From an uncultured Acholeplasmataceae bacterium (lineage in GTDB: Bacteria; Bacillota_I; Bacilli_A; Acholeplasmatales; Acholeplasmataceae), in assembly GCA_963539535.1 (NCBI GenBank), contig CAUTMU010000001.1:1-49123 (forward strand): DNA of 49,123 bases. The letters are read 5' to 3'. The notes under the pieces were generated by a model. The model was not told where the DNA came from. It made no database searches and worked only from the letters and a program-made list of their open reading frames with translations. Made by a program: the position numbers and the translations under genes. Shown piece by piece: positions 16,994 through 28,174 of this stretch (its first letter is position 1; each line of letters begins with the position of its first letter).

Positions 16994-16995
16994 TT

Positions 16996-17397
16996 ATGGA
17001 AAAAGAAATTTTAGACTTTATTTTAAACAAAGTTGGCTATATTGCCACAGTTTCTAAAGAAGGTGTGCCAAACGTTGGCCCTAAAGTCACAATGCGTCAT
17101 TTTTCTGGAAACATCTTAATTTGGAACGAAACAACTTGCAAGCACACTAAGTTCAATATTGAAAAAACAGGAAAAGCATCTGTTTGCTTTATTGACGAAG
17201 TTGCGCAAACTGGCTTTAGATTTACAGGTCGTGCAACTATTTTAGACAAAACTTCTCAACTTTTTGAACTGTACTCAGAAAACGCAAAAAGCCTTGGCCT
17301 TAAACAACCTGAACATTTTGGACAACTAGTAGTAGAGCAAATTTACCTACTTGACCGTGGCCCAAAAGCCGGAACTTTGCTAAAAAACTTTGCGTAA
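16996..17397 (+). CDS. Pyridoxamine 5'-phosphate oxidase-like (FMN-binding split-barrel) family protein
   Basis: Small 133-aa protein. GYIATVSKEGVPNVGPK pattern typical of PNPOx-like proteins. Family call from motif only. Confidence 0.5.
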   Translation: MEKEILDFILNKVGYIATVSKEGVPNVGPKVTMRHFSGNILIWNETTCKHTKFNIEKTGKASVCFIDEVAQTGFRFTGRATILDKTSQLFELYSENAKSLGLKQPEHFGQLVVEQIYLLDRGPKAGTLLKNFA

Positions 17398-17563
17398 AAC
17401 ACTTTAATTTTTGCAAAAAAACACAAAACTTAAAAGCACTTTGCCCAAAGCATCTATAATACTCTTTCTGTCTTGGCTGTATTGCTTTACTTAGCGTACA
17501 TTATTTAACGGCAATTCTTTTATTTTTCAATATTTTTAACAAATAACTAAATTACACTAATTT

Positions 17564-17587
17564 AACCGAGCACCGCTCGGTTTTTTT
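17564..17587 (+). terminator. Rho-independent terminator
   Basis: Stem AACCGAGC/GCTCGGTT, loop ACC, T7 tail. Confidence 0.8.
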
Positions 17588-17602
17588 ATTCTTTTATATC
17601 AT

Positions 17603-17631
17603 TTGGTTAAAAAAACCAAATAGTATATAAT
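17603..17631 (+). promoter_or_regulatory. Promoter of the S10 ribosomal protein operon
   Basis: TTGGTT (17603-17608), 17-nt spacer, TATAAT (17626-17631). Leaves a leader of about 125 nt before rpsJ. Confidence 0.65.
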
Positions 17632-17764
17632 ATTTAGGTATGTGCACACGCACAAAGGCAATGATATGTAAGGTTATTAAAACACAAATAGCCGTTGCTG
17701 TGTTTTAAACAATTTACATGGAGCAAGCCTAATCTTTAGAATTAGACGAAAGGAGACTTTAAAT

Positions 17765-18082
17765 ATGGCTGAAAAATCAAAAGGAACAGTTAGAATTACT
17801 CTTAAGTCATATGATCACAAACTAATTGATCAAGCCGCACTTAAGATAGTTGACGTTGTAACTAAAACTGGTGCCACTGTCGTAGGACCTGTGCCACTAC
17901 CAACTAAACGCGAAATTTTCACTGTACTTCGTTCACCACACGTTAACAAAACTGCACGTGAACAATTTGAACGAAGAACCCACAAAAGACTGATCGTAAT
18001 TGAAAAAATCGGTCAAAAAACCCTGCCACAATTGTTTCAAACTGACTTACCATCAGGTGTAGATATTGCCCTAAAACAATAA
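17765..18082 (+). CDS. rpsJ: 30S ribosomal protein S10
   Basis: [17 protein letters not shown]...[15 protein letters not shown] signature. SD AAAGGAG. Confidence 0.95.
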   Translation: MAEKSKGTVRITLKSYDHKLIDQAALKIVDVVTKTGATVVGPVPLPTKREIFTVLRSPHVNKTAREQFERRTHKRLIVIEKIGQKTLPQLFQTDLPSGVDIALKQ

Positions 18083-18140
18083 ATACACACAAAAACAGGC
18101 AAATAAGACAAATTATCGTAGACGATAGAAAGGAAAAATT

Positions 18141-18770
18141 ATGTCTAAAGGAATCTTAGGTAGAAAAATTGGAATGACTCAAATCTTTTCAGAAGACGGC
18201 AAGTTAATTCCAGTTACCGTTCTAGATTGCGCAGACAACGTTGTGCTTCAACAAAAAACTGTTGAAAAAGACGGATATGTTGCTACACAACTTGGTTGCC
18301 AATCAAAACGCGAAAGTCTTGCGAACAAACCAATTTTGGGACATGTTGCAAAAGCAAATACTGCTCCTAAGCGCTTCGTTAAAGAACTTAGGTTCAAACA
18401 CAGCGCCTCAGAGCTAGCCAACCTTACAGTTGGTCAAACTGTAGAACCTACAATTTTTCAAGTAGGAGAATTAGTAGACGTCATTGGAATCACTAAAGGA
18501 AAAGGATTCCAAGGTTCAATTAAGAGACACGGTCAACGCCGTGGACCTGAAGCTCACGGTTCTCGCTACCACCGCGCCCCTGGTTCAATGGGTGCCATCA
18601 AGGGAAATATGAAAGGAAAACCACTTCCTGGTCACATGGGACACGAACAAGTGACTATTCAAAACCTTGAAGTTATCAAAGTAGACAAAGAACAAGCCCT
18701 GCTTTTAGTGAAAGGTGCCGTTCCTGGTCCAAATAAAGGATTTGTTGTGGTTAAATCCGCTGTACGCTAA
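18141..18770 (+). CDS. rplC: 50S ribosomal protein L3
   Basis: [13 protein letters not shown]...GKGFQG signature, in S10 operon order. Confidence 0.95.
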   Translation: MSKGILGRKIGMTQIFSEDGKLIPVTVLDCADNVVLQQKTVEKDGYVATQLGCQSKRESLANKPILGHVAKANTAPKRFVKELRFKHSASELANLTVGQTVEPTIFQVGELVDVIGITKGKGFQGSIKRHGQRRGPEAHGSRYHRAPGSMGAIKGNMKGKPLPGHMGHEQVTIQNLEVIKVDKEQALLLVKGAVPGPNKGFVVVKSAVR

Positions 18771-18783
18771 AGGAGTTTAAATC

Positions 18784-19407
18784 ATGGAATATAAAGTATT
18801 AAACCAAAGCGGCAAAAAAGTAAAAACAATTGAGTTAAACGATTTTGTTTTTGGAATTGAGCCACACAAACAAGCACTTTACGACGTTGTTCGTGCACAA
18901 CGCTTAGCTATGCAACAAGGTACTCACCTAGTTAAAAACCGTTCAATGGTCTCAGGTGGTGGACGTAAACCTTATAAACAAAAAGGAACTGGTAGAGCCC
19001 GTCAAGGTTCTCGCCGTGCAGTTCAATTTGTCGGAGGTGGTGTAGCATTCGGTCCACAAGTTCGCGAATACGACATTAAAATCAACAAAAAAGTTCGCCA
19101 ACTAGCTCTTCGTTCTGCACTTTCTCAACATGCTCAACGCGGAACTTTAGTTTTAGTTGACAAGGTTTCTTTACCTGAAGTTAAAACTAAACTATTTGCC
19201 CAAATTTTAGAAAGTCTAAAACTAGAGCGCAAAGTTCTATACGTAGACAACGAGTTTGAACCAAATGTTGTCTTAAGCGCACGTAATTTGAGTCAAATTA
19301 CTGTCATGAACGAACCTAGCCACACTTCTGTATATGACTTACTTGACGCAAAATACTTACTACTTACAGTTGGCGCGGCTAAAGAATTTGAGGAGGCTTT
19401 ATGTTAA
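18784..19407 (+). CDS. rplD: 50S ribosomal protein L4
   Basis: GGGRKPYKQKGTGRARQGS motif, in operon order. Confidence 0.95.
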   Translation: MEYKVLNQSGKKVKTIELNDFVFGIEPHKQALYDVVRAQRLAMQQGTHLVKNRSMVSGGGRKPYKQKGTGRARQGSRRAVQFVGGGVAFGPQVREYDIKINKKVRQLALRSALSQHAQRGTLVLVDKVSLPEVKTKLFAQILESLKLERKVLYVDNEFEPNVVLSARNLSQITVMNEPSHTSVYDLLDAKYLLLTVGAAKEFEEALC

Positions 19408-19703
19408 ATTTAACTAAAATTAAACAATTTGATATTTTAGTTGAACCTATTATCACTGAAAAATCAAACAAGTTAATTGAAGCCTCAAACTCATACACTT
19501 TCCGTGTAAAAAAAGACGCAACTAAACCAGAAATCAAAGCAGCCGTTGAATCTATTTTTAAAGTAACTGTCTTGAAAGTAAGAACTGTAATTTCTCCTGC
19601 TAAGAAAAAAACAGTTGGACGCTACCAAGGAATGGTATCTGCTTTCAAAAAAGCCATCGTTACTCTAAAAGAAGGCGACAAGATTGCTGAGTTTACTATT
19701 TAG
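19401..19703 (+). CDS. rplW: 50S ribosomal protein L23
   Basis: ILVEPIITEKS...YTFRV signature. Overlaps the rplD end by 7 nt. Confidence 0.9.
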   Translation: MLNLTKIKQFDILVEPIITEKSNKLIEASNSYTFRVKKDATKPEIKAAVESIFKVTVLKVRTVISPAKKKTVGRYQGMVSAFKKAIVTLKEGDKIAEFTI

Positions 19704-19715
19704 TGAAAGGAGTAA

Positions 19716-20555
19716 ATGATGAAAATTAAGAACTATAAACCTACTACTAACGGACGTCGTAATATGTCTGTGATTGACTACTCTGAACTTTCAAAAGTTG
19801 CTCCAGAAAAATCACTACTTACAACTTTGAAAAAAACAGGTGGCCGCAATAACCAAGGAACGATAACTGTTAGACACATCGGTGGTGGAGTTCGTCGTAA
19901 ATACCGCATTATTGACTTTAAGAGAAACAAAGATGATATAGAAGCAGTAGTTAAGACTATTGAGTACGACCCAAACCGCTCTGCAAACATCGCGCTAGTT
20001 GTCTACAAAGACGGCGAAAAACGCTATATCTTGGCGTGTGAAGACCTAAAAATCGGTCAAGTTATTCAAAGTGGCGAAAACGCCGATATCAAAGTCGGAA
20101 ATGCTCTTCCACTTAGCAAAATCCCTGTAGGTACATTTGTGCACAACGTTGAGTTGAAACCTGGCAAAGGTGGACAAATCGCGCGTTCAGCGGGTACTTC
20201 TGTCCAAATCCTTGGTCGTGAAGAGAAGTACGTGCTACTTCGTCTACAAAGTGGCGAAATGCGCAAAGTCTTGGCAACCTGCCGTGCAACTATTGGTGTA
20301 GTTGGCAACTCTCAACATGAACTAGTTGTTCTTGGTAAAGCCGGTCGTGTTCGTTTAATGGGCGTAAAACCACACGTTCGTGGTACCGCGATGAACCCAG
20401 TTGACCACCCTCACGGTGGTGGTGAAGGCCGCACACCAATCGGCCGTAAACAACCACTTACTAAATGGGGTAAGAAAACTCGTGGAGTTAAGACTCGCGA
20501 TCCTAAAAAAGCATCTAACAAACTTATTGTTAACCGTAGAAAAGGAGGAAAATAA
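19716..20555 (+). CDS. rplB: 50S ribosomal protein L2
   Basis: [12 protein letters not shown]...HPHGGGEGR signature. The second ATG at 19719 has the better SD spacing and may be the true start. Confidence 0.95.
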   Translation: MMKIKNYKPTTNGRRNMSVIDYSELSKVAPEKSLLTTLKKTGGRNNQGTITVRHIGGGVRRKYRIIDFKRNKDDIEAVVKTIEYDPNRSANIALVVYKDGEKRYILACEDLKIGQVIQSGENADIKVGNALPLSKIPVGTFVHNVELKPGKGGQIARSAGTSVQILGREEKYVLLRLQSGEMRKVLATCRATIGVVGNSQHELVVLGKAGRVRLMGVKPHVRGTAMNPVDHPHGGGEGRTPIGRKQPLTKWGKKTRGVKTRDPKKASNKLIVNRRKGGK

Positions 20556-20836
20556 TGTCTCGTTCAATTAAAAAAGGACCTTATTGTGAATACACACTAC
20601 TTGTAAAAATTGAAAAAATGGCAAAAGCAGGCGAAAAGAAAGTTATTCAAACCTGGTCTCGCCGTTCCCCTATTTTCCCAATTTTCGGAGGGTTCACTTT
20701 AGCCGTGCACAACGGAAAAGAACACGTGCCTATCTATATTACTGAAGACATGGTTGGACACAAACTAGGTGAGTTCGTGCCAACTCGTACCTTTAGAGGA
20801 CACACTAAAGCCGACAAACGCGCGGCTGCTAAATAA
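20555..20836 (+). CDS. rpsS: 30S ribosomal protein S19
   Basis: SRSIKKGPY...[23 protein letters not shown] signature. TAATG overlap with rplB. Confidence 0.95.
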   Translation: MSRSIKKGPYCEYTLLVKIEKMAKAGEKKVIQTWSRRSPIFPIFGGFTLAVHNGKEHVPIYITEDMVGHKLGEFVPTRTFRGHTKADKRAAAK

Positions 20837-20850
20837 GGTTGGTGAAATTT

Positions 20851-21192
20851 ATGGAAAAACAAGCAAAAGCAATCGTACACGACGCCAAAGTTACACCACG
20901 TAAAGCCAAATTAGTAATTGACTTAATTCGCGGAGCAAATGTCAAGGAAGCCTTGGCTTACCTTCAATTTACTAACCGCAAAGCATCGCCAATTGTCAAA
21001 GAGTGCTTAAAATCAGCAATCGCGAATGCTGTAAATAACTTAAAATTAGACCAAACTAAGTTGTATGTCAAAGAATGCTTTGCAACTGAAGGTCTAAAAA
21101 TGAAAAGAATGTTGCCACGTGCTAAAGGTTCTGGTGACACAATTGTAAAAAGACGTAGCCACATTACTGTAGTTGTGGCTGAAAGGGGATAA
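20851..21192 (+). CDS. rplV: 50S ribosomal protein L22
   Basis: [24 protein letters not shown] signature. ATG 20851 preferred over the TTG at 20839 in the ORF track. Confidence 0.9.
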   Translation: MEKQAKAIVHDAKVTPRKAKLVIDLIRGANVKEALAYLQFTNRKASPIVKECLKSAIANAVNNLKLDQTKLYVKECFATEGLKMKRMLPRAKGSGDTIVKRRSHITVVVAERG

Positions 21193-21194
21193 GA

Positions 21195-21950
21195 ATGGGT
21201 CAAAAAGTTAGTCCAGTCGGTCTGAGAACCGGAATTATTCGTAACTGGGAATCTCGTTGGTATGCAGACAAAAAACTCGTGCCTGCCTACATTAAAGAAG
21301 ACTTCCTGATTCGCAAAACCATTAAAACTTATCCTGAATACAAAGAAGCGCTTATTTCTTCAATTGAAATTGAACGCTACAAAGGCAAAGAAAAAGACAA
21401 AGTCAGAATTCGCCTGTACACCGCAAAACCAGGGCTAGTAATTGGAACTAACGCCGAAACTCGCGCGAAAGTCATCAAAGCCCTTGAAAAAATCACTAAA
21501 AAGGACGTTATTTTAAATGTTGTAGAAGTTAAACGCTCAGAGAGAAGTGCCGAAATCGTGGCGCAGTCTATCGCTACTCAACTTGAAAACCGTGCGTCTT
21601 TCCGCCGTGTGCAAAAAATGGCAATCCAACGTGCACTTAAAGCCGGAGCCTTGGGCTGTAAAACCTTAATCTCTGGTCGTCTAGGTGGCGCTGAAATGGC
21701 GCGCTCAGAAGGATATTCAGAAGGCCGCGTACCACTGCAAACTCTAAAAGCAGACGTAGACTACGCAACTGCTGAGGCCAACACTACTTACGGTATTCTT
21801 GGCGTTAAAGTCTGGATTTACAACGGAGACGTCAACAAAGGCGAAACTCGCGAAGAGAAAATTAAGGCCTACGAAGACGCTGCACCTGAACGCAGACTAA
21901 GATTCAAAAAACCAGGTCAAAGACCTGCTCGCCCAAACGGAGGTAAATAG
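21195..21950 (+). CDS. rpsC: 30S ribosomal protein S3 (with a C-terminal basic/acidic extension)
   Basis: [14 protein letters not shown]...[12 protein letters not shown] signature. Confidence 0.95.
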   Translation: MGQKVSPVGLRTGIIRNWESRWYADKKLVPAYIKEDFLIRKTIKTYPEYKEALISSIEIERYKGKEKDKVRIRLYTAKPGLVIGTNAETRAKVIKALEKITKKDVILNVVEVKRSERSAEIVAQSIATQLENRASFRRVQKMAIQRALKAGALGCKTLISGRLGGAEMARSEGYSEGRVPLQTLKADVDYATAEANTTYGILGVKVWIYNGDVNKGETREEKIKAYEDAAPERRLRFKKPGQRPARPNGGK

Positions 21951-21953
21951 TTT

Positions 21954-22367
21954 ATGTTAATGCCAAAAAGAACTAAATATCGCCGTCCACACCGTGTGTC
22001 TTATGAAGGTGTTGCCAAAGGTAGAAATGAAGTAATTAACGGAGATTTTGCACTGCAAGCCCTTGAAGGTTCATATATTACTTCTCAACAAATAGAAGCG
22101 GCTCGTATCGCGATGACCAGACACATGAAAAGACTTGGTCAAGTTTGGATCAACATTTTCCCACACATGTCTCGCACCAAGAAACCTCTTGAAGTGCGTA
22201 TGGGTTCCGGAAAAGGTGCACCAGACCACTGGGTTGCGGTAGTTAAACAAAACAAAATTATGTTTGAAGTTGCCGGAGTTGCTGAAGAAATCGCTCGCGA
22301 AGCGCTTCGTCTTGCTTCACACAAACTACCAATTAAATCAAAAATCGTGAAAAAGGAGGTTAAATAA
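21954..22367 (+). CDS. rplP: 50S ribosomal protein L16
   Basis: [11 protein letters not shown]...RMGSGKG signature. Confidence 0.95.
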   Translation: MLMPKRTKYRRPHRVSYEGVAKGRNEVINGDFALQALEGSYITSQQIEAARIAMTRHMKRLGQVWINIFPHMSRTKKPLEVRMGSGKGAPDHWVAVVKQNKIMFEVAGVAEEIAREALRLASHKLPIKSKIVKKEVK

Positions 22368-22369
22368 GC

Positions 22370-22570
22370 ATGAAAAAGATGCAAGAACTTAGAAAATACA
22401 CAGATACAGAAATAGAAAGCAAAATTTTTGAGTTAAAACAAGAAATATTTAACCTACGTTTCAAACAAGCAACAGGGCAACTTACAGACACCGCGCGCGT
22501 GAAAAAAGCCCGTAAACAAATCGCTCGACTATACACTATCTTAACCGAGCGCAAATCAGTGAAGGAGTAG
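22370..22570 (+). CDS. rpmC: 50S ribosomal protein L29
   Basis: 66 aa. ELKQEIFNLRFKQATGQL signature, in operon order. Confidence 0.9.
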   Translation: MKKMQELRKYTDTEIESKIFELKQEIFNLRFKQATGQLTDTARVKKARKQIARLYTILTERKSVKE

Positions 22571-22576
22571 TCAACA

Positions 22577-22840
22577 ATGGAAAGAGAAACTAAAAGAAAA
22601 GTTTTCCGTGGAAAAGTTGTTTCAGATAAAATGGATAAAACTATAGTTGTCGTTGTTGACACTTATAAAAACGATCCACTTTACAACAAACGCTTTAAGG
22701 TATCTAAGAAATTCCACGTTCACGACGAACAAAATGAATGCAAAATCGGCGATACTGTGGCGTTTGCAGAAACCCGTCCACTTTCTCGCACTAAGTCATT
22801 TAGACTTATTAAAGTGCTGGAAAAAGCCGTGGTAATTTAG
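22577..22840 (+). CDS. rpsQ: 30S ribosomal protein S17
   Basis: [14 protein letters not shown]...KFHVHDE...GD.V...ETRPLSRTK signature. Confidence 0.95.
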   Translation: MERETKRKVFRGKVVSDKMDKTIVVVVDTYKNDPLYNKRFKVSKKFHVHDEQNECKIGDTVAFAETRPLSRTKSFRLIKVLEKAVVI

Positions 22841-22858
22841 TTTAAGAGGTAACGAAAG

Positions 22859-23227
22859 ATGATTCAACAAGAAACTAGATTACTTGTGGCAGACAACACA
22901 GGAGCAAAGGAAGTTTTAGTAATTAAAATTCCAGGTGGTACTCGCCACCGTTACGCCAACATTGGCGACCTTGTGATTGTAACTGTAAAGAAAGCAACTC
23001 CTGGGGGAGTTGTTAAAAAAGGTGACGTTTGCAAGGCAGTAGTTGTGAGAACCAAAGACGGCCTTAGAAGAGCAGACGGCTCATATATTAAATTTGGTGA
23101 AAACGCAGTTGTATTGGTCAAAGAAGACAAAACCCCTCGTGGAACTCGTATTTTTGGACCGATTGCTCGCGAGCTTAGAGACAACAATTACACAAAAATC
23201 TTGTCTTTAGCACCAGAAGTTTTATAA
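22859..23227 (+). CDS. rplN: 50S ribosomal protein L14
   Basis: [18 protein letters not shown] signature. Confidence 0.95.
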   Translation: MIQQETRLLVADNTGAKEVLVIKIPGGTRHRYANIGDLVIVTVKKATPGGVVKKGDVCKAVVVRTKDGLRRADGSYIKFGENAVVLVKEDKTPRGTRIFGPIARELRDNNYTKILSLAPEVL

Positions 23228-23245
23228 AAAGGAGGAATTTGTTAA

Positions 23246-23581
23246 ATGTATATCAAAACTGGAGACAAAGTTGCCATCATTGCTGGCAAAGACAAGTTCA
23301 CTACCGATAAAAAAGGTGTTAAAACTCGCACAACTGGCCGCGTTATTCAAGTGCTTCGCGACAAAGACATGGTAGTCGTAGAAGGCGTAAATATCGCCAA
23401 AATCGCCAAAAAACCAAATCAAAATAGCGAAAAAGGCCAAATTATTTCTAAACCAATGCCAATCCACGTGTCAAACGTGGCGCTAATTGACCCAAAAACC
23501 CAAAAACCTACCCGTGTTTCTTTTAAACAAGAAAACGGTAAAAAGGTGCGAATCGCCAAATCTGGTGACGCAATTAAATAA
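23246..23581 (+). CDS. rplX: 50S ribosomal protein L24
   Basis: [17 protein letters not shown] motif, in operon order. Confidence 0.9.
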   Translation: MYIKTGDKVAIIAGKDKFTTDKKGVKTRTTGRVIQVLRDKDMVVVEGVNIAKIAKKPNQNSEKGQIISKPMPIHVSNVALIDPKTQKPTRVSFKQENGKKVRIAKSGDAIK

Positions 23582-23592
23582 GGAGCAGGCAA

Positions 23593-24135
23593 ATGACTTC
23601 AAGATTAAAACAACACTACGTAAAAAAAGCAATTCCTGCTTTAATTAAAGAGTTTAAGTACTCATCTGTGATGCAAGTGCCTAAACTTGAAAAAATCGTA
23701 ATTAACGTCGGAGCAGGGGACGCTGCTCAAAACTCCAAAGTTATCGAAGATATCGTCAAAGAAGTTGGCCAAATCGCGGGACAACGACCAGTTGTAACTC
23801 GCGCGCGTAAATCAATTTCTAACTTCAAACTAAGAGAAAACATGCCAATTGGTGTCAAAGTCACTCTGCGTGGTGAGAAAATGTATTACTTTTTAGATAA
23901 ACTAATTTCAATTTCTCTACCAAGAGTTCGTGACTTTAGAGGAGTTTCTAAAACCGCGTTTGATGGTCGTGGAAACTACACCCTTGGCGTTAAAGAACAG
24001 TTAATTTTCCCAGAAATTAGATTTGACGATATTAAAAAAATCCGTGGGATGGACGTAGTTTTAGTAACTACTGCTAAAACCAACGAAGAGGCATTTAGTT
24101 TACTTAAAAACTTAGGCATGCCTTTTGCTAAATAG
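23593..24135 (+). CDS. rplE: 50S ribosomal protein L5
   Basis: RLKQHY...[11 protein letters not shown]...RDFRG signature. Confidence 0.95.
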   Translation: MTSRLKQHYVKKAIPALIKEFKYSSVMQVPKLEKIVINVGAGDAAQNSKVIEDIVKEVGQIAGQRPVVTRARKSISNFKLRENMPIGVKVTLRGEKMYYFLDKLISISLPRVRDFRGVSKTAFDGRGNYTLGVKEQLIFPEIRFDDIKKIRGMDVVLVTTAKTNEEAFSLLKNLGMPFAK

Positions 24136-24147
24136 AGGACTTAGATT

Positions 24148-24417
24148 ATGGCTAAAAAATCAAAAATTAATGCAAATAACAAAAAACTAGAAGTCTATCT
24201 ACGCTATCAAGAACGCGCTCGCGAACTAAAAGCGAACAAAGACTATTTAGCACTACAAAAACTGCCAAGAAACGCATCGCTTTGTCGTTACCGCAACCGT
24301 TGTCAAATTGACGGTCGTCCACACGGTTTCATTCGTAAATTTGGAATTTCACGTAATAACTTTCGCAAAATGGCAGCAGCAGGACTACTGCCTGGCGTAA
24401 AAAAAGCCAGCTGGTAG
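24148..24417 (+). CDS. rpsN: 30S ribosomal protein S14 (long 89-aa form)
   Basis: C-terminal RNRC...[14 protein letters not shown]...[11 protein letters not shown] signature, at the spc operon position. Confidence 0.9.
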   Translation: MAKKSKINANNKKLEVYLRYQERARELKANKDYLALQKLPRNASLCRYRNRCQIDGRPHGFIRKFGISRNNFRKMAAAGLLPGVKKASW

Positions 24418-24429
24418 AAGGAGGCATTT

Positions 24430-24825
24430 ATGGTATCAGATACAATTGCAGATATGTTAACTCGCATTCGTAATGCGAACAGACAACATAAATTAAGCGT
24501 AAATGTTCCACATTCTACTGAAAAAGAACGTATTTTAAAAGTCTTAAAATCAGAAGGTTTTATCGCTTCTTACGCTGTTTTTCAAGAAGGCGTGGCTAAA
24601 AACATGAACGTTGAACTAAAATACTCAGAAGACAAGGAACTAGTTATTCACGGACTTCGCCGTGTCTCTAAACCAGGTCTAAGAGTATACTCAAGCAAAG
24701 AAGAACTACCTCGTGTCTTTAATGGACTTGGAATTGCCATAATTTCAACTTCTAAAGGCATTATGTCTGACAGACAGGCTAGAAAAGCAGGTCTAGGTGG
24801 CGAAGTTCTTTGCTATGTGTGGTAG
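24430..24825 (+). CDS. rpsH: 30S ribosomal protein S8
   Basis: DTIADMLTRIRNA signature. Confidence 0.95.
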   Translation: MVSDTIADMLTRIRNANRQHKLSVNVPHSTEKERILKVLKSEGFIASYAVFQEGVAKNMNVELKYSEDKELVIHGLRRVSKPGLRVYSSKEELPRVFNGLGIAIISTSKGIMSDRQARKAGLGGEVLCYVW

Positions 24826-24840
24826 GAGGAACTAAAATAT

Positions 24841-25380
24841 ATGTCTAGAATTGGAAATAAAACTATCTTAGTTCCGCAAGGCGTGACAGTCTCTGTCTCT
24901 CCTGAAAACTACACAGTGGTAAAAGGTCCACATGGTGAACTTACAAAACAATTTTCACCAATCCTTAAAATCACTCAAACTGAACAAGAAATCCAAATTA
25001 CTCGTCCAAACGACGAGAAAACCACTAAACAACTACACGGAACTACCAGAGCCTTGCTTGCCAATATGGTACAAGGTGTACACCAACCTTTTCAAAAAGA
25101 ACTAGATATCATTGGTGTCGGTTATAAAGCAAACTCAGTTAACGGTAAACTAACCTTAGCCCTTGGGTTTTCTCATCCTGTTGAAGTTGAAGTGCCAAAA
25201 GGCTTAGTGTGCGAAACTCCTAGCCCTGTTAAAATCATTATCAAAGGTATTGACAAGGAACTAGTTGGTGAGTTTGCAGCGCGCGTACGCCTACTTAAAA
25301 AACCAGAACCATATAAAGGAAAAGGTATCCGCTATACAGGTGAACACGTTCGCCAAAAAGCCGGAAAAACCGCTAAATAA
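24841..25380 (+). CDS. rplF: 50S ribosomal protein L6
   Basis: [17 protein letters not shown]...[11 protein letters not shown] signature. Confidence 0.95.
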   Translation: MSRIGNKTILVPQGVTVSVSPENYTVVKGPHGELTKQFSPILKITQTEQEIQITRPNDEKTTKQLHGTTRALLANMVQGVHQPFQKELDIIGVGYKANSVNGKLTLALGFSHPVEVEVPKGLVCETPSPVKIIIKGIDKELVGEFAARVRLLKKPEPYKGKGIRYTGEHVRQKAGKTAK

Positions 25381-25391
25381 GGAGGACGCCC

Positions 25392-25742
25392 ATGATTTTA
25401 AAAATTTCCAAAAACGAATCTCGCTTGTCAAGACACGAGCGTGTCCGAAAATCTGTTTCAGGCACAAGTGCCCGTCCTCGCCTATCTTTATACCGTTCAA
25501 ATACCCACATCTACGCCCAAATTATTGACGACACAAAAGGCCACACTCTAGTTGCTGCTAACACCAAAGAACTAAAACTTGGCAAAAATCTAGAAGCGGC
25601 CACTGCCCTTGGTACAGCAATTGCCAAAAAAGCACTTAAAGCTAAAATCAAAGCAGTTGTTTTTGACCGCTCAGGTTATCTATACGCAGGTCGTGTTAAA
25701 GCCCTTGCTGAAGCTGCTCGCACTGCCGGACTTGAGTTTTAA
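25392..25742 (+). CDS. rplR: 50S ribosomal protein L18
   Basis: [26 protein letters not shown]...FDR.GY.Y.GRVKALA signature. Confidence 0.95.
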   Translation: MILKISKNESRLSRHERVRKSVSGTSARPRLSLYRSNTHIYAQIIDDTKGHTLVAANTKELKLGKNLEAATALGTAIAKKALKAKIKAVVFDRSGYLYAGRVKALAEAARTAGLEF

Positions 25743-25753
25743 AGGAGTATATT

Positions 25754-26251
25754 ATGTACGATAAATTTGAAAAAGAAGAAAAAGAATTTGACGAAAAAGT
25801 CGTTCATATTGGCCGCGTTACTAAAGTCGTAAAAGGTGGTCGTCGTTTCCGCTTTTCTGCACTTGTAGTTGTTGGAAACCACAAAGGCAAAGTAGGTTTT
25901 GGAACAGGTAAAGCCAACGAAGTTCCAGATGCAATTAAAAAAGCGATTGAACAGGCTAAACAAAACCTAATTAACGTACCTATTGTTAACAACACTATTC
26001 CTCACTACATTGAAGGTGTTTATGGATCTGGCCACGTTGTTTTAAGACCAGCCTCAGACGGTACCGGAATTGTTGCTGGTGGTGCTGTTCGTGCGGTTTG
26101 CGAGCTGACAGGTGTGTCTAACATCTTGTCTAAATCCCTTGGTTCTCGCACACCTATTAACATGATTAGAGCAACTTTTGAAGGTTTTAAACTACTTAAA
26201 ACTAAAGAAGAAATCGCTCGTCTACGTGGCGTGGAGGTAAAGAGCCTATGA
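25754..26251 (+). CDS. rpsE: 30S ribosomal protein S5
   Basis: [38 protein letters not shown] signature. TGA stop. Confidence 0.95.
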   Translation: MYDKFEKEEKEFDEKVVHIGRVTKVVKGGRRFRFSALVVVGNHKGKVGFGTGKANEVPDAIKKAIEQAKQNLINVPIVNNTIPHYIEGVYGSGHVVLRPASDGTGIVAGGAVRAVCELTGVSNILSKSLGSRTPINMIRATFEGFKLLKTKEEIARLRGVEVKSL

Positions 26252-26427
26252 AACTAAAAGTTGTGCTAAGACGTTCTTTAATCGGACGTTTACCACGTCA
26301 AGTTAAAACTGCCGAAACTTTGGGCCTAAAGCGCATCAACGACGAAGTGGTTTTAGAAGACAACGCTGTAAACCAAGGCAAAATTAAAACTATTGCTCAC
26401 TTGGTTGAAGTCAAGGAAGCGAAATAA
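26248..26427 (+). CDS. rpmD: 50S ribosomal protein L30 (59 aa; below the ORF-track size cut-off)
   Basis: Hand translation gives [63 protein letters not shown] overlap with the rpsE stop. Canonical position before rplO. Confidence 0.85.
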   Translation: MKLKVVLRRSLIGRLPRQVKTAETLGLKRINDEVVLEDNAVNQGKIKTIAHLVEVKEAK

Positions 26428-26441
26428 GGAGGCCTTTGTTT

Positions 26442-26873
26442 ATGCTAAATGAACTTAAAAACTTACGCCCACGTCCAGATAAGAAACGACTAGGCCGTGG
26501 AATTGGCTCAGGCACCGGAAAAACCTCTGGTAAAGGCCACAAAGGTCAAAACGCACGTTCTGGTGGTGGCACTCGCCCTGGTTTTGAAGGTGGACAATTA
26601 CCACTTTTCCAACGTTTGCCAAAACGTGGTTTTCACTCACTTAACCAAACTAAAAACGCAATCGTTTCACTTTCTGCTTTAAACTGCTTTGAGCCAGAGA
26701 CTGTAGTTACAGTTGACCTGCTTTTAGAAAAAGGTCTTATTTCTAAACCTTTTAAAGCAGTTAAAGTCCTAAACGGAGAACTTACTCAAAAACTTACCTT
26801 AAAAGTTCACCAAATCTCTAAATCTGCCTTAACTAAACTCCAAGAACTTGGCGGCAAATTTGAGGCAATTTAA
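26442..26873 (+). CDS. rplO: 50S ribosomal protein L15
   Basis: LNELK...[24 protein letters not shown] signature. ATG 26442 is 9 nt after SD AAGGAGG; the ORF-track TTG at 26436 is less likely. Confidence 0.95.
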   Translation: MLNELKNLRPRPDKKRLGRGIGSGTGKTSGKGHKGQNARSGGGTRPGFEGGQLPLFQRLPKRGFHSLNQTKNAIVSLSALNCFEPETVVTVDLLLEKGLISKPFKAVKVLNGELTQKLTLKVHQISKSALTKLQELGGKFEAI

Positions 26874-26875
26874 CA

Positions 26876-28174
26876 ATGAATAGAGTCAAAAGAATTTTAT
26901 CCAATAAACAAATTCTTGAAAGATTTATCTTTACACTTGCTCTACTTTTAGCACTAAGAGTGATGTCTTTCATCCCAATGCCCTTGGTCAACGTAGACGC
27001 AATTCGCAACCTATTTGAAAATGGACTTGGATTCTTTGCGATTTTAAATAACTTTTCAGGAAGATCGCTTGAACGCTTTTCTTTCCTGGCAATGGGAATT
27101 TCTCCCTATATTACCGCGTCTATCGTCACTCAACTTCTGCCAATGGTAGTTCCTACCTTTAAAGAATGGCAAGAACAAGGTGAAGAAGGTCGCTACAAAA
27201 TTAACAAAATCAATCGAGTACTAGCAATCGCGATTGCTTTTGTCCAAGGTATTTCGCTTGTCCTTTCTTTCTCAGCGGGCCGCGGAACTCAGTTTTTCGT
27301 AGGGTTCTCTGGAAACATCGGTATGGCGATGATCTATATAGGTCTAACTATTGCTGCTGGTACCGCGATTTGTATTTGGTTTGCCGACATGATTACCCAA
27401 AAAGGTATCGGAAATGGCTCTTCAATGCTAATTACTGCCGGAATTATTATTTCAATTCCTTCAATGTTTAGCATGATGACCAAAAAATATATCACAGAAG
27501 CGACCAAGTGGACACATTACGTGAACTTCGTGGTAATTACTCTGCTTTATATAGCTATCATTTTAGGGGTAATATTTGTTGAAACCTCTAGCCGTAAAAT
27601 CCCAATTCAACACGCCAACCGCCAAGCGCAATCAGACTCAAACATTCCAATTAAAGTCAACACTGGAAACGTGATGCCCGTGATTTTTGCCTCAACCTTG
27701 CTTGGTATCCCGCAAACAATTACTGGGTTTATCACTCAAAACTACTCATCTGGTGGCGGTTTTTGGGTTAATGAAATCTTTAACTTCCAAAGACCAATTG
27801 GCTACATTATCTATATTCTGTTAATTATTGCTTTTTCGTTTTTCTACACCTTTATGCAGTTTGACCCTGAAAAAATTTCTGACAACTTATCTAAATCAAA
27901 TGCCTACATTCCAGGAATTCGTCCAGGTGAAGACACTAAAGACTTTATTGCCAAAACTTTATTTAAAGTCAATGTAATTGGCACAATTTACCTAGTAATT
28001 ATCTCTTCACTGCCAATCTTAACCGCTGTAATTTTTGGTCTACAAGGCGCGGAAGCTTCAGCAATTACTCTAGGTGGTACATCACTACTTATCGTTGTTG
28101 GTGTGGCAATAGAAACCACTAAACAAATTGAAACTGACGCTGAAAGCAATCAATATAGGGGGATTTTTGGTTAA
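26876..28174 (+). CDS. secY: Preprotein translocase subunit SecY
   Basis: 10-TM protein with LGISPYITASIVTQLL and GNGSS motifs, at the canonical spc operon position. Confidence 0.95.
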   Translation: MNRVKRILSNKQILERFIFTLALLLALRVMSFIPMPLVNVDAIRNLFENGLGFFAILNNFSGRSLERFSFLAMGISPYITASIVTQLLPMVVPTFKEWQEQGEEGRYKINKINRVLAIAIAFVQGISLVLSFSAGRGTQFFVGFSGNIGMAMIYIGLTIAAGTAICIWFADMITQKGIGNGSSMLITAGIIISIPSMFSMMTKKYITEATKWTHYVNFVVITLLYIAIILGVIFVETSSRKIPIQHANRQAQSDSNIPIKVNTGNVMPVIFASTLLGIPQTITGFITQNYSSGGGFWVNEIFNFQRPIGYIIYILLIIAFSFFYTFMQFDPEKISDNLSKSNAYIPGIRPGEDTKDFIAKTLFKVNVIGTIYLVIISSLPILTAVIFGLQGAEASAITLGGTSLLIVVGVAIETTKQIETDAESNQYRGIFG

